A stretch of 63,104 nt of DNA, filler included, from Octopus bimaculoides (GCF_001194135.2; 4 parts of 3 records of this genome joined end to end with filler, not necessarily neighbours in it); one strand, 5' to 3'; positions 37,345 to 51,812 are shown, counted from the whole stretch's first letter. Notes: generated by a model from the letters alone, not told the origin. Made by a program: numbers and translations.

Positions 37345-38041
37345 NNNNNNNNNNATATAGCTAAATGATAACGATTCTGCCGCGAGGTTGTGTTAGCTCG
37401 TTGACTGCGTGTTAAAAGATAAACAATACACACGAGGAATCAACGGAAGCTTTATTTACTGCACAGTCTTTTGTGTGTCAGTCTTTGGATGAAGAATAAA
37501 TACACCAATTTGAACACACTGGGAGACACAAATTGTCAGTCTACGACAGAATAGTTGGCATGTATCGAGTTGTAATTAGGCCGTCACAAGTGGGGAAAAT
37601 TCGAGCTAAATTCATGTCAGTAAATCTATACACTGAATATGCACGGTTGGTGAATGGGGAAAATGAGAACGGAATTGTTAGTGAAACTACCTCGGCCTTC
37701 TGAAGTTACCGATAAAAATCCACGTTTCATAACGTGCACGAAGAAGGTTCTACAAAGTCGAATCACGTGGTGACAGTGATTGATCAGTTGATCGGCTGAT
37801 AGCGAGACACGACAGTGATCTCAGTGCGTCAACCGAATCTGCTACAATTGTATTTACGTAGTGAACGTCTACCAAAGTCTGTACACACACACACGCACAC
37901 ACACGCACACACACTAACATATATATACATATACCTCTGACAAAGGTTTTCACAGAGGATACCTTTACGAAAACCTGAAATGTACGTATTAAATGATTTC
38001 AAAACATCGCTATTTGATTTGAATTCATTATTATAACTAAT

Positions 38042-38246
38042 AAGACGGCGAGGTGGCAGAATTGTTAGCACGATGGACGAAATGCTTAACAGTATTTCGC
38101 CCGTCATTTCGTTCTGAGTTCAAATTCCTTTCCTCCTTTCAGGGTCGATGAAATAAGTCCAATTTGAGCATTGGGACCGATGTAATCGACTAGCCTCCCT
38201 CCCCTCAACATTTCAGGCCTTGTGCCTATAGTAGAAAGGATTATTA
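38042..38246 (+). mobile_element. SINE family B (tail type 2), internal deletion
   Basis: gacggcgaggtggcagaattgttagcacg...gttctgagttcaaattcc...gggtcgatgaaataag...tttcaggccttgtgcctatagtagaaaggatt. Confidence 0.85.
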
Positions 38247-38348
38247 CAACTAATACGATTTGATGCCAATACAAACTAGCTGGTCTTCAATCCAATTAAG
38301 AGCTAACAACGATTTCGAGTAGGCTGTTGTTGACTTGAGCCAAACACG

Positions 38349-38476
<128 letters not shown>

Positions 38477-39305
38477 AACATCATTCAACTGTTTCTGATT
38501 TTCGACTACATGAAATTTCAGCTTAAGTTGTTTGTCAGTTTATATAGGCTGATTATATAGACTGTACATGATGATCAATTGTGGTTCGGTCTAGACTTCC
38601 TTTACTGGGTGATTAGCATTATCCATCGGCATTAGACGTGATTTGAAGTCAGGCCACATGAAACGAAAACATTCTACTCGGAAACATGTTTGACATTCTT
38701 ACACTTCTAAGAAACGAATACTAGACTGGTATGGTATTTGTCGAAACTGAGAGACGAAAGAGAAAATTTGACTTTGGTTGTATTAGAACTGAGAAGAGAG
38801 GAGTCTGGAGAGTGAACTGGAAATTAGTCAGTCTGAATCTGTATAGGAAGTCTGTAACAATACTTCCGTCTTTTTCTACCTTTCCTTCTCTATATGCATA
38901 TACGTATAAAAATATATACGCGCAACTTACACATGTGGGCATTTTAAAAAAGAGCTGGAAAATCAGATTGAAAGTTGTTGCTGTGGCAGTGAAAATGAAA
39001 AGAAAGAGGAATATAGAGCGCACGGGATCAAAGTATTTAAAGAAAAGAGCAAAATCAGCAGTTTGAATAGTGTAAAAAGAATTCCTATGACGTTAAGCCT
39101 AAGACAAACGTGTCTATTCATATAACACATGCATAAACACTCAAATGCATGCAGAAAGTTTTAAATGCGTTACTACTTACATAAGTAGAACTAGTAAATG
39201 CGGTGGTGAATACAGAAAATAATAAAACGCAACTATTCAATCACTGTCAACCATTGTCATGTTTAAGTACGCAAACACATACTCATACACATATGGACAC
39301 ACGCG

Positions 39306-39344
<39 letters not shown>

Positions 39345-40961
39345 GTGTGTGTGTGTGTGCGTATGTATATATATATACATATATATATACACACATACAC
39401 ACACATATAGATAGATACATATGTGTGTACATATGTATATGTGGATGTACCATTTACATCATGGAATAGAACATTATGCGTCCAATAGAACTCTTAAAAA
39501 AGCATTCCATTTATTTTCTGTTACTGATACTTTTCGACTTCAGCTAAATAATATATATACGCACACACAATACACGCGTTCCAATGCGTATACACACACA
39601 CACACACACACGCACACACACACACACACACAAACACACACTCTACACACAATTAAATATCTCGATGGTTGTCAAAAATATCCTCGAAGCCATCTGTTAA
39701 GTCTTCGCTTGTTAGATACTACATATCATTTATGCTTTGATTTAAATAATGTTTCGAATTATTTCACTGTATTGTTGAATCATTTTTTTATGCAAGAAGA
39801 AAATCAATATTGCATTCTTATTGTGACTTAGATCAATCTGCTTCACGTAATGTTATTTCATCCGGGTTGTCCAAATGTCACACTTCCTACCACGGCAGAG
39901 TGATTATGATGTATCAAACAAAGAAACAAATAAATAAATTACAATACATCTGACAACATTCTGTCTGCAGGAGACGCTTGAAAGAAACCGACAAATGTTA
40001 TTAAAACGATTCCTCTATCTTCAGTAAGCACTTTGATTACCGTGAGTTGTATATTATTTCTTTGAACATTACTATAAAACATAAACACGAATATGTAGGT
40101 TCGAGGCCCAGTGAATCTCCATAATATTTATATTTTGTAGTATGAATTATGAAATACATGAAAATGAATTTAATACATGGTCATATGTTGATACACGGTC
40201 GTGATACATGATTATACGTTTCTCTCTAAATGATCTTTTAAAACACTAAGAGGTGTTTTCAAATGATGAAATTATATTATATAATGGCCTAAAAACACAA
40301 ATTTTGCATATATAGTAAGAAAGGATAAATGTGATTTATATTATATTGAAATGAGTAGAGATAGGAGATAAACGGCGACAGAAAATTGACGTTAGAAATA
40401 GAAAGATGTATTTCTGCAAATATTTCAGCAGAATTCCAATTATATAAAGGAGGGAAATAAAGGAAACATTCATAATGAAACACTGTTAGAAAGTCCGAAA
40501 CAAATGTATGCAAATGTATTGGGAAGTGTAAATAATGAATAGAAGCAAGGATTGAGACGGCAGCATAGCTAAGTGGAATTTAATTCTGTGTATAATTGTG
40601 AAAACCACAAAGACAAACTTACTTGTAAGTATGAAGACAAAAAAGTATAAATTTTATAAATAAGGTAGTATTAATTAAGTGTAATGTAGTTATAATCGAA
40701 AGTTTATAATTAATTATAATAAACAAATGAGGAAATCCATATAACTACAAATGTCATGTTTTAATTAAATTATATTATATTTCTAGGTTTACTACATTTG
40801 TTTTAAATCTCCATATAAATTATTCATGCGTTTACTCCTTACAATAACACATCCATTTCTGAACAAACATATTAGAATTTTATGCATCTTGTCACTATAA
40901 ACTTAATTTACAGCTACCTAACTATTATAAGTTTACATACTGTTCTCTTTTAGTTAAATTA

Positions 40962-41107
<146 letters not shown>

Positions 41108-41740
41108 CATATATATATGTTTAAGACATCTCATGTATATAAGTACAAAAACGCATATATGCGTCTGTATATAAATATATGTGTGTTTGTGTGTATATGT
41201 ATGCCTATATATATACATGCAGTTTTTGTATACGCATACGCATTTATGTGTGTAGATACATATGCGCATCACATGACTTAAAAGCAAGTAAGTAAATTCG
41301 CTGCAGGCTAGATTCAAATTTGTCTTCTTGCAGTTGTACATTCTCCTGAACACATCCGATGGAAACTCTACGTAAATATAGAGGCGCAATTTAAATATAT
41401 ATGCAGTTTAAAGATAATAATAAAATTCACTAAGATTACCAAATGAATAACTTTAACTAATCTCAGAACGTTTAGCACTCGAAAAATAATAATTTTATGA
41501 CGTATTTATTACGTATCTTTACTACAGAATTTGTCTCTTACTTAAAGATCAGTTATTTAACAGTAAATCTTAGGTATTATGAAATTTTAAGTCATGCTCT
41601 GTAGCGTTAGATTATTCATTCTACCATATGCCGTATTACTTGAAATATTTTAAGAAGTCTTAACCATCCCATAACTAGCGCATAAGAGTTTCTCCCTCCT
41701 TCTATGATAACATGCGAGAAGTTGTAACTGTGTGAATATC

Positions 41741-41815
41741 CTCCTGTGTTTTATGAAACGTATCACTCCTGTGTTTTATGAAATATGTCCTTTCCTGTGT
41801 TTTATGAAATGTACC
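41741..41815. repeat. Three-copy 25-26 bp tandem repeat with invariant 17-bp core TCCTGTGTTTTATGAAA
   Basis: Repeat units start at 41741, 41766 and 41792; the core begins 1 nt into each unit. Confidence 0.9.
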
Positions 41816-44440
41816 ACACGTCTTACTGTTTTTATTAAGCACTTACCTAGCGTCATTATTATTCCTTATCGACGCTGTTGCTCAATCTTCTCATTCAATC
41901 TTATTTGTCTGCAACATCTTAGTTATGTTTATTTTTCACTCACTAAAATATAAAGATTTTTCTTTCATTTAAATTATTTGCATTGATGATGACATTAACA
42001 GTTAAGAGCAAAGTAAAGAAGATTTAAACAGATATATGAAAAAAACAGTTCTGCTATGACTGGACATCAGGACAATTGTGACAAGAGATGAGAAGGTTTG
42101 CCCTGAAATGAACACATAATTTTGGTGTTTTTGATGTCATTGCTCTGGAGAAAATAACTCCAAAGTCGAAGATCGAAATGTTTGAACATGAAAAAAGACC
42201 GACAAAGTGTATTGTTCAGAATGTTTCATTCCTACATTTTTGTATATACACCAGTCTAAAGAGAATTATGTAAAAATAATAAAATCGATGTAACCAATAT
42301 TTCCCATGCATCTGTTATGCATGATGTATGAGGTATAACTGTAAAGAAGTGATTAATTATTAGAGCAATATATCATTGTCCTTAGGCTTGTTAAAATTGC
42401 ATTAGAAGATTATTTTAGTGAAAATAAATATAATCGGTAAACAATAGATGAGAGTAATTGCATGCTTATGAAGATTTGATGGTTTAATCACCGTTGATAA
42501 TCCTCCGTCTCTCAATGCATCTACTTTTTACGTCAATATCTTAATCAATATTATTGGAATATGTCCATTAAAAAAAAAAAAATCCAAAGCTTCTATTTCA
42601 TTTCTGATTAAATAATATTATGAGAGTAAGAAACGGGTATCGATTCGACTTTAAATTAGTGAACCAATATATAAATATCTAGCGAAATATGAATAAATGT
42701 TACAAATATGTCGACTGAGTCAAGTAAAAGCAATGGATTCAACGAAATTTTTCTTGCATTTATTACCATATAACACATAAAAATATACTAGTGTGTACAT
42801 TACATTAAGTTATTTTTCCCTGAGCGATTTAACTACTTATTCATTGAGGCAAACACATCTAATCCGCACGTGATTAAACTCCATTGAAACGTTAATTTTT
42901 TTCGGTCTTGTGACCAGCTTGGTTCACGGCTCTACGCATGACTGTCTAACTTGAGCAGATTCTCCACGAAAGATACAGCATGAAAGCCAATGAAATACAT
43001 CGTCATCGTTAACAGAATCTAAAATTGCCGAATCCCCAAGAGATAAATGTCACTCGAGGTATCTGAATTAATGTAAAACAGTTATTAAGTAAGAAGCAAG
43101 AAAAACCGAAATTACATCTCTGCTTGGCTTTAGTATTTCACAAATAAGTAATAATGTAGTTATATTATCTAATAGAGATATTCCTTTGCATTGTTTTTCC
43201 CCCTAATTTCAGTGTCACCCTGATACATAAGCTGAAGTAATATAATCAAATAATTACATGCACTTCATGATATTTTTCTCCTGCAACTTTTACAAGAACA
43301 GTTGCCGAACCAAAAGAAAGCAAAAAGCATTACCAACAAACCAAACTACTCAAACGAACAAAGAAAGTCAATTTATGGAAAACAAAATTCTCCAGTGGTT
43401 AAGGTTATTAATGTGTAAAGATAGAAGTTGTATTATTTCGATTTGTTTTCAATGTAATGTATATGTTTATTTTTTTTTCTTACTTCTGGAAACATTCAAG
43501 TGTTGAAATTTTCAATGCTTAAAAAGGCGTATATAGTGTATTTAAGCCATGTTTACTGATAGAAGGAAGCCAAATCTATCGAGTTAGCATTTGAAGTAGA
43601 ACGTAAAATAAATTGACTTTGGTATAATTTGTCAATTTTAAAGCCGGAGTACCGGAAACAGTCTGAATAAAGGCTTTTGATAAGCGAAGGCAAAGAAAAG
43701 AAGTTCAAGGAAATTTGTCTTTTGATCAAAAGGAATGTCTATCCTCAGTATTAGAAAGATTAGCGAATTAGTAGAGAATAAAAGATCTTTAAGCTAGAAT
43801 GATAATTCATTTAGTATCAAAGTTGAAAACATTGATATTTCGATGGCATTTCAGATGTAAGGAGTGAATGGTTTCTTGAGAGCTTCATACAGCATAATGG
43901 TAAAATGAAATTACAAGTACATAATGCGTTGGAATATTAAATTTCTAAAAGCGCACATGTCAACACACACAAATACAATACATTCACACACATATGCCTG
44001 TGCACATACTAAAATACCCACCCACTTATACACACACACACACACATACGTACTGGTATCTGTATGTGATACCTGGTTTTCAACAATAAAGAACTCAATA
44101 CAAAATGTGTATACATACATACATATATATANNNNNNNNNNNNNNNNNNNNNNNNNNNNNNNNNNNNNNNNNNNNNNNNNNNNNNNNNNNNNNNNNNNNN
44201 NNNNNNNNNNNNNNNNNNNNNNNNNNNNNNNNNNTATATATATATATATATTATATGAATATATGCGTATGTATATATTCATATATCTTTACACATTTAT
44301 TAGTATCTAGATACATATTCAAATATATACATACGTGTAAAAATGTATATATCTATCTCAACATCTATCTGTCGATGTATACGCATTCAGACAGACACAC
44401 AGATTGTGTGTAGATATTAATATTGCTATTACTACTTCTA

Positions 44441-44481
44441 CACGGAAACGGTTTTCTGGGTATTGACCCGTCATCAGCGTG
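44441..44481 (-). ncRNA. Minimal type I hammerhead-ribozyme-like motif (Penelope-associated, probably slightly decayed)
   Basis: Minus strand: CACG-CTGATGA-C-GGGT/CAAT/ACCC-A-GAAA-ACCGTT-TC-CGTG. Stem I CACG/CGTG, stem II GGGT/ACCC, core boxes present. Confidence 0.55.
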
Positions 44482-44801
44482 ACAATAACCGGTTGTGGAA
44501 GTGAAGTGCTTCCCAAAGCAAATATATATATCCTTTTTTCCAGTGAGGAAAAGTCATTGATCTTGAAAAGGTGTAAACAAGCAATAATAAATCTCTGAGC
44601 GAGGTATAAATAGTAGCTACACGACATCGTGAAGTATATTTGCCACTTAAATGTGGCTAACCCTTACGGATGGATGCTACAGTAGCCTGTAGCCCCAGGA
44701 AGACATCTCCTCCGGCTGGCTATTGACACACATTCTGTGCCCTATCAGTATTTGCAAAGGGAAGTCATCCTTCCCATATTCAATCTGTCGTGATACGCAC
44801 G

Positions 44802-45016
44802 GATCTTTCTACTGTTGGCATAAAGCCTGAACTTTGAAGGAGGAAGAGGCAGTCGATTATATTTATCTCAGTGTGTAACTGGTATTTATTTCATCGACCC
44901 CGAAAGGATAAAAGGCAATGTCGACCTCGGCGGAGTTTGAACTCAGAACTTAGTGACAGGCGAAATACAGCTAAGCATTTTGTCCAGCGTTCTAACGATT
45001 CTGCCTGCTCGCCGCC

Positions 45017-45019
<3 letters not shown>
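44802..45019 (-). mobile_element. SINE family B (tail type 2)
   Basis: Reverse complement of aaggcggcgagcaggcagaatcgttagaacg...gagttcaaactccgccgaggtcgac...aaagttcaggctttatgccaacagtagaaagat. Confidence 0.88.
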
Positions 45020-45074
<55 letters not shown>

Positions 45075-45084
45075 TAATAATAAT

Positions 45085-45316
45085 AAGGAATATATTCACA
45101 GACACGACAGAGCGGGGACCTATATACACTGGAAGCTATGCCAACATTATGGAATAGCAACAGAAAAAAGATGGTATATACACACGCCAGAAAAGGTCAC
45201 AGAAAACGAGAAAGCAACCATACTCTGGGATATGCCAATACACACAGATAGAGAAATTAAGGCGAATAGACCAGATATAGTTGTCAAAGATCATGAAGGA
45301 AAAAAATGCCTTCTAA
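45085..45316 (+). mobile_element. R4/Dong-type LINE fragment (RLE domain start), cut by an assembly gap
   Basis: Intact frame EYIHRHDRAGTYIHWKLCQHYG...WYIHTPEKVTENEKATILWDMPIHTDREIKANRPDIVVKD; directly follows (AAT)n at 45018-45084. Confidence 0.92.
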
Positions 45317-45802
45317 NNNNNNNNNNNNNNNNNNNNNNNNNNNNNNNNNNNNNNNNNNNNNNNNNNNNNNNNNNNNNNNNNNNNNNNNNNNNNNNNNNNN
45401 NNNNNNNNNNNNNNNNNNNNNNNNNNNNNNNNNNNNNNNNNNNNNNNNNNNNNNNNNNNNNNNNNNNNNNNNNNNNNNNNNNNNNNNNNNNNNNNNNNNN
45501 NNNNNNNNNNNNNNNNNNNNNNNNNNNNNNNNNNNNNNNNNNNNNNNNNNNNNNNNNNNNNNNNNNNNNNNNNNNNNNNNNNNNNNNNNNNNNNNNNNNN
45601 NNNNNNNNNNNNNNNNNNNNNNNNNNNNNNNNNNNNNNNNNNNNNNNNNNNNNNNNNNNNNNNNNNNNNNNNNNNNNNNNNNNNNNNNNNNNNNNNNNNN
45701 NNNNNNNNNNNNNNNNNNNNNNNNNNNNNNNNNNNNNNNNNNNNNNNNNNNNNNNNNNNNNNNNNNNNNNNNNNNNNNNNNNNNNNNNNNNNNNNNNNNN
45801 NN

Positions 45803-45914
45803 GAAGAAGAAGAAGAAGAAGAAGAAGAAGAAGAAGAAGAAGAAGAAGAAGAAGAAGAAGAAGAAGAAGAAGAAGAAGAAGAAGAAGAAGAAGAAGAAGA
45901 AGAAGAAGAAGAAG
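45803..45914. repeat. (GAA)n microsatellite
   Basis: Read directly. Confidence 0.98.
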
Positions 45915-46069
45915 GCCCGTTTGATACGATGATTCAATGACTGAATGAGAAAGAAGACGAAAAATTAAAAAAATACTAACCCCTGAAATTTGAGATTTCG
46001 AGTATTTTTTAATATGAAAAGTGGAATAGCTAGTGTATTAGGCACTGTGAAATAAACATGATTGATGAT

Positions 46070-46905
46070 AAATTGAATGGATTTTCCAGCCATCTGCACT
46101 TTTTCACCATCTTGGTAATGTGTACTTGGAAAGGGGTATCATCACTCATGTCGATACCCAGGTCACGCACTGATTTATGTACGTTTTTCGTTCAGTTTTA
46201 GGTGCTGTTATCGCAGGGCTTGGAATTTTCCAGCATCAAACTGCATATTATTATCCTCAGCCCATCTTTAAATTGCGTCCAACTCCTACTGCAGGCGTGC
46301 AATATCGCTAGAGTTTTGTATGTTCTACGAGACTTTCTGGGCAGCTGAGGGCATATCCGAGAAGGCCACTATGAAAAGCAGTAGTCCCAAGACAGTGCCC
46401 TGTCGAACACCACTCCTTATTTGTGTTTCCTTTGAGGTGGATCCATTGGCCACCATTGTCTAACTTCTATCTTTCAGCAAGTCATGTAACCACTCTCTAA
46501 AATCGTGCAGTTTGTGGCATATCATACCATGATCAAATTTATGAAAGCCTTTTGTAAAGGCAAGGTATATTACGTCCACATTTGAGTAGTCGAGTAACTG
46601 CTTCAACACCCAGTCATAATGCTCGAAAACCATGCTGGGTATCACTCACCAAGTTGGTTTCTTAAAGGAATGCGATTTGTTTCCCTCTGACTATTCGTTC
46701 AATGACTTTGTTAATGTGTGAAGTCAGAGAGATAGGCCTATAATTGTTGGCATCTGCTCTGCTTCCTCCTTTATAGATTGGGCATATTATGCTATCCTTC
46801 AGTTTGCTTGGCACCTTGCTGTTTACAAAAAGACTCTGAAAGAGAATCTGAAGTGGCTTTGCCAGGGCACGTTTGAATGATTTCAGGAGGATTGCTGGGA
46901 TATCA
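46070..46905 (-). mobile_element. CR1-clade LINE reverse-transcriptase fragment (decayed)
   Basis: NYRPISLTSH, VDVIYLAFTKGFHKFDHG..., SGVRQGTVLGLLLFIV, RWAEDNNMQF, SVRDLGI. Confidence 0.92.
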
Positions 46906-47519
46906 AATTAAACCAAATTAAAAATAAATAACCTGCCTAAACGACATAATATTTTTATAGGATTAATATATTTCTTCATTTTGTTTGCAAATACGTTGGG
47001 GACACTCTTCTGTATGTATGCCATATGTGTAATATAACGACACAGATAGTAACATGTGTGTTTGTGTGGGGTGTGCATATCTGTAATAAGTTTCATTACT
47101 TCATATTACTATAAGTATTACTTAAGTATTATTTTGCATTTGTTCTATATTTATATCTGTAGAAAATCAGTTTTCATTTTTGTCGCTGCCTATCTTCGCA
47201 ATAGAAACCGGAGAAGATCGTATTTGTTTTATTCCCTACATATCTTCAGAATAGAAACCGTAACTTAGATTTCACTCCAACATTTTTTCTTTTTTTTAAC
47301 ATATTCCACATCAGGATTTATGGGGCCAGGTGTCGTTTTCTTATCTCATTCTAGCATATTTCTATAACTTTTCATTTGGAAATACCTATTTTCCCTAGAC
47401 ATAGGAAGAAACAAATTCGGTGGGTGCACTCTTATGTATGCTATATATATGCTATATGTGTAATATAACGACACTCATAATAACATGTGTGTCATTGTGT
47501 GTGTGTGTTTGAATGGGAA

Positions 47520-47735
47520 ATGATGCTCCATCTGATTATCGTTTATTCTGCAATTAAAATCACTTGGACGGAAACAAATATGAATTCTGTACACGAGGTC
47601 AGAATAGTAGTGGAGGAGTATTTTTCGTCACGGACAAGTGTATTTTGGAAGAGGGGCTTTGTAAGTCTGCCAGATAGATGCAAGAGCATTGTAGAAAATG
47701 AATTAGAGTATATTTTAGATTAAAGTTGTTTTAAC
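47520..47735 (+). mobile_element. Mariner transposase C-terminal fragment
   Basis: APSDYRLF..NHLDG...FWKRGFVSLPDRCKSIVENELEYILD*. Confidence 0.8.
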
Positions 47736-50099
47736 GGTTACGGTTAGCAGCAGGAGCTGTTGCGTATACGAATGAGTCTATTTAAATGTATTTTCAGGGT
47801 GCTACAATATATTTATGGGTCATCCCATAAATAATGAGGTTTTTATACTTTGTTTTTCTTTTCAAAATTGATTCATTCACAAAATTTCATACAAGAATAT
47901 GGACTAAAATCTTCTGAAGAAAGTACGAAATTACAATCATTTCAATGTCATGATTAGCTAAAGCGAAACCGGTCGACAACCACAGAACTCTTTCATTTGA
48001 AATATATTAAAAGGATGTAAAGTGTATGCATTTTCCTTCTTTTATATTATATTATATATGTGTGTATGTATGTGTATATATACGTGTGTGTGTGTGTGCG
48101 TGTGTATACATATGTATATTTGAGTGTGTGTTTGTATTTGTCTGTGGCATGTATGCGTGTTTATGTGAGCCTTGAACATATATCACAATATTCTTACAAT
48201 TTCGCTAATCGGTTGCCCTGGATTGATACATTTTTATTCCTCTTGATAGAATGAAATGCAAATTTGGCCTCAGCGGATCTTTTAATTGGAAGTAAACAGA
48301 GAAGAGATGAGATAAGAATGAAGCCGTGGAACGAAATCAACTGAAATAATACTACTCTGTTATGCTTTGAGTGTTTTCTGAGGTCAGAGCAATTACAACT
48401 TGAAATCAGAACTCGCAGGTAATACTCTTGCACAAAATACATTCATATCTGTTAAACCTCCATGTGTCCAGATTATTGTTTTATATCTATAAAGCGATAT
48501 TGCTTTCATAGACTGAGTTTGGAAAACTGATATGGAAGAATTTTTAAAATTAGATTTTGAGCGAAGACCCTCTTATTTCTGTGTAGGGAGTTCTCCTTGT
48601 GCATGTTTTAATATAGGATAGATTATTACTAAACCACTGAGGACAGATTGAACCACACCTCCTTTCCTCCGAGGGGTAAGTGACGTGTACAGTCGTTCTG
48701 TATGTCACATCAGCTGCTGAATTGTACCTTCCTTCCAGATATCATCATCTTTATAGGTAGGTACTGAAGCATGCGCGCATACACTTTCGCGCACGCGCAC
48801 ATACACACACATATTCGGTGATTAATCAATTATGTACTAATAAAAATATTTTAATAATTTAAATGATTGCTTACATGTTTCAAAAGAAACTGAAATAATA
48901 GCACGTGAGAGAATATGTAGTAAAATAATTTGTCTATGAACAATCTTGAGAGTATATTGATATTTATGAATTGAGTTTTATGTCTGTAGATTTCTATTCA
49001 AAGGATGCATGTAAAAATACATGTGTTTGGAACGCAGTAATGGAAGAGAAAATGAGAAAAATTAAGTGCCGTTGAACGATGAATGAGAAGCAAAAATATA
49101 AAAGAAGAAAAAAAAACAAAAGAGAATGAAGAAAATGAAATGAGAGGAACATAGAACATTTTATCTTAAAGGTAAAAAAACAAATGTGTGGAAATGTAAA
49201 TGTTGAAAACTCAGAAACCTATGGTTAGAATCTGGATTTAAGAAAAAGAACATAAATATACAAAACTGTAATAATGATATTAGAAAAGTTAGCATTTAAT
49301 ATATTAACCTTTGAAGCTTTCTAGCAAGTACATTTTGACTGATATATTTTTTAAAAAATTCCCATAAAATTGTACATGTTAAAATTTCTGTTTTCTTAAG
49401 GTTACCCGCAAATGTTGCATTAATGTTAGATTATGTAATATAATTAAGTAAATAAATATATAAAACCACATCGTTAATAGTGATAAATGCGGAAATTAGG
49501 GAAACTGAATATTTGAGGATACCTAATTTTTATGAAAACGAAATAGGTTATTAAAGGAAGATAAAAGAAAGATAAAAATATAAATGGACATGTGTTTTTC
49601 AGAAGCGTCTACGTGGGGGGAAAACAGAGTAGGAGAAGAAGGTACTCTAAGTAGTGTGCGAAAAATTAAAATTTAAATTGAATATTTAACCATGAAATGA
49701 TTAATGGTTGTAGTATGAAAAGGGGGTGAGATAAATACCGTGTACGTTTAAATGAGTGGGCTGGTTATACATGGTACAAATGGGTACTAAATATTATGCA
49801 CGAACATTTTAAACTATTATTACGAAGACTGAAATAGTAATAAGATATTAAATGGAAAGAAAGGGAAAGTGTTATAAAATTAAATATAAACAAGAATAAA
49901 ATTTTCAAGATTAAACGGAAATAAGTAAAATGAATAAAATACACTTAAATAAGATTATATTAAATTAAATAACATATGCAACGTTCTGAGTAAAGGTGAG
50001 AGTATGGAAAGGTGAAATCATGGATAGTGATTCAGAAGGGATAAGTAATTAAAGAATGAAGCTAGAAATTTAATGGTGAGGCATAAACTGAAAATAAAT

Positions 50100-50350
50100 T
50101 ACGAGATGGCATCACAAGGTTCCCGGACTACTTATGTCTAATAAAACATAACTTATTTACCTAAATTTTGACATCATCTCCTTCGAAATAGTCACCTTGC
50201 GCAGCACTACACCGGTCCAATTGTTCCTGCCACTTATTTAATCCGGCCTGGAAGTCGTTTTCCGTTATCGAGCAGAGGACCTTCTGCGATTCGTTCTGGA
50301 TCTCGACGACTGCGTTAAGACGGCGAACTTTGAGCTGATTTTCATCTAAA
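50100..50350 (-). mobile_element. Mariner 3' end fragment with TIR
   Basis: TA|cgagatggcatcacaaggttcccggact TIR-like end; minus strand encodes ...NDFQAGLNKWQEQLDRCSAAQGDYFEGD. Confidence 0.8.
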
Positions 50351-51568
50351 TAATTCAGTACTACATGTTACTATATAGTGTAAGGAAGTACTATATATGA
50401 AGATCTTAAGCGATATATTTAATTTATTTTTTTTATAATTAGGATTTTACATTTGCAAGCAAAAAACGAAGGAACATTCCTTGAGACGTGTACCTCTAAG
50501 TAATTCCAGCTCGATAGAGTTTTGCATACATGAGTAAAGGTGAAAGTAAAGCTGTACTTCGTGAGTTATAAACGACGCATTGGATGTCCTTAGCTGACGA
50601 GGCGTAACGTTGAAGAAACAACTATTCTGTTAGCGGTTAGCATCTGTCTCAGTCTGATTGTATGTTCTTTACGTGCATTGACTTTTAAGATAATTTTACT
50701 TCAAAGATAGTTTCCGCAGCGAAGAATTTTTCCATGTTTCACTGTACAAACATGTTACGAATAAAAATTATACACTTGTATTTTCATCTTTTGTACTTCC
50801 AATTGATATGTAAATATTACAAGTGAAATGTACAAAACTTAAACCTAGAGTTTATTTTCTTTTATTAATATGCTTCTGCTAGATATTGTGGTTGAAATGT
50901 CATATCCTTTCTCAGTGTGTTTAAATATATGGGTGTTTTTAGTATAGCGAAATTCGAATGGTATGAAAGTTAAACATATGTGCATTGATTTATTGGGGGT
51001 AATATTACATTAGTGACCAAGACTTTGAGTTTCAATTATAAATTCTTGAATTTACTTAATTTTAATTAGAGTATATTACAGCTACAGCTACTAATATTTG
51101 TAGACCTGAACATTTAAAGTTCTGATACTGTTAGTTAATATTGTATGCCCTGGTAATGAGAGACGCTCGGAGAACGAAGGAGAGAGAGTAAGTAATATAC
51201 GATAATTTAAAGAGAGAAATATGAAGACGAGTATCATTCAAGGTAAGTATCATACATTCTACAGTGGGAAACATGATTACAATAAATAAAAGCTGAATGA
51301 TTAAAAAGATGAAAATATATATGACAATAGAGATGCTACAGACAAAAATGGTGCTTAGATTTGCACAAACATTTCGCAGTGTTCTTGAAAGCTGAATAAA
51401 GAATACGACATTGGTCCAATGGCTGTGGACTGCTAAAATGTTGTTGTTGCACAGTGAAGTTGCATAAAATAAAATAAAATAAAAAACTAACATTATTAAG
51501 AAGGACAAGAACAACAGCAACACAAGAATTAGAAAGAGGGGAAGAAAATCCGAGAACTGTAAAAAAAC

Positions 51569-51599
<31 letters not shown>

Positions 51600-51761
51600 T
51601 TCTCTCTCCGTATATATAAATATACAGAGAGTGAGAGCGATAAATAGATAGATAGGTATATNNNNNNNNNNNNNNNNNNNNNNNNNNNNNNNNNNNNNNN
51701 NNNNNTTAATTAATTAANNNNNNNNNNNNNNNNNNNNNNNNNNNNNNNNNNNNNNNNNNNN

Positions 51762-51807
<46 letters not shown>

Positions 51808-51812
51808 ACATG

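Noticed and set aside
37370-37830. Promoter-like or LTR-like unique region with CACGTG motifs
   Set aside because: No second LTR, no TG..CA ends and no TSS evidence; the motifs are too short to be informative.
38721-39066. Overlapping 100-111 aa ORFs on both strands
   Set aside because: The minus ORF starts at GTG, both run through low-complexity sequence, and there are no splice signals or homology.
42950-43062. Minus-strand exon candidate DTSSDIYLLGIRQF...
   Set aside because: An in-frame TAG (TTT TAG) interrupts it, and alternative boundaries need a weak GTTAGA donor.
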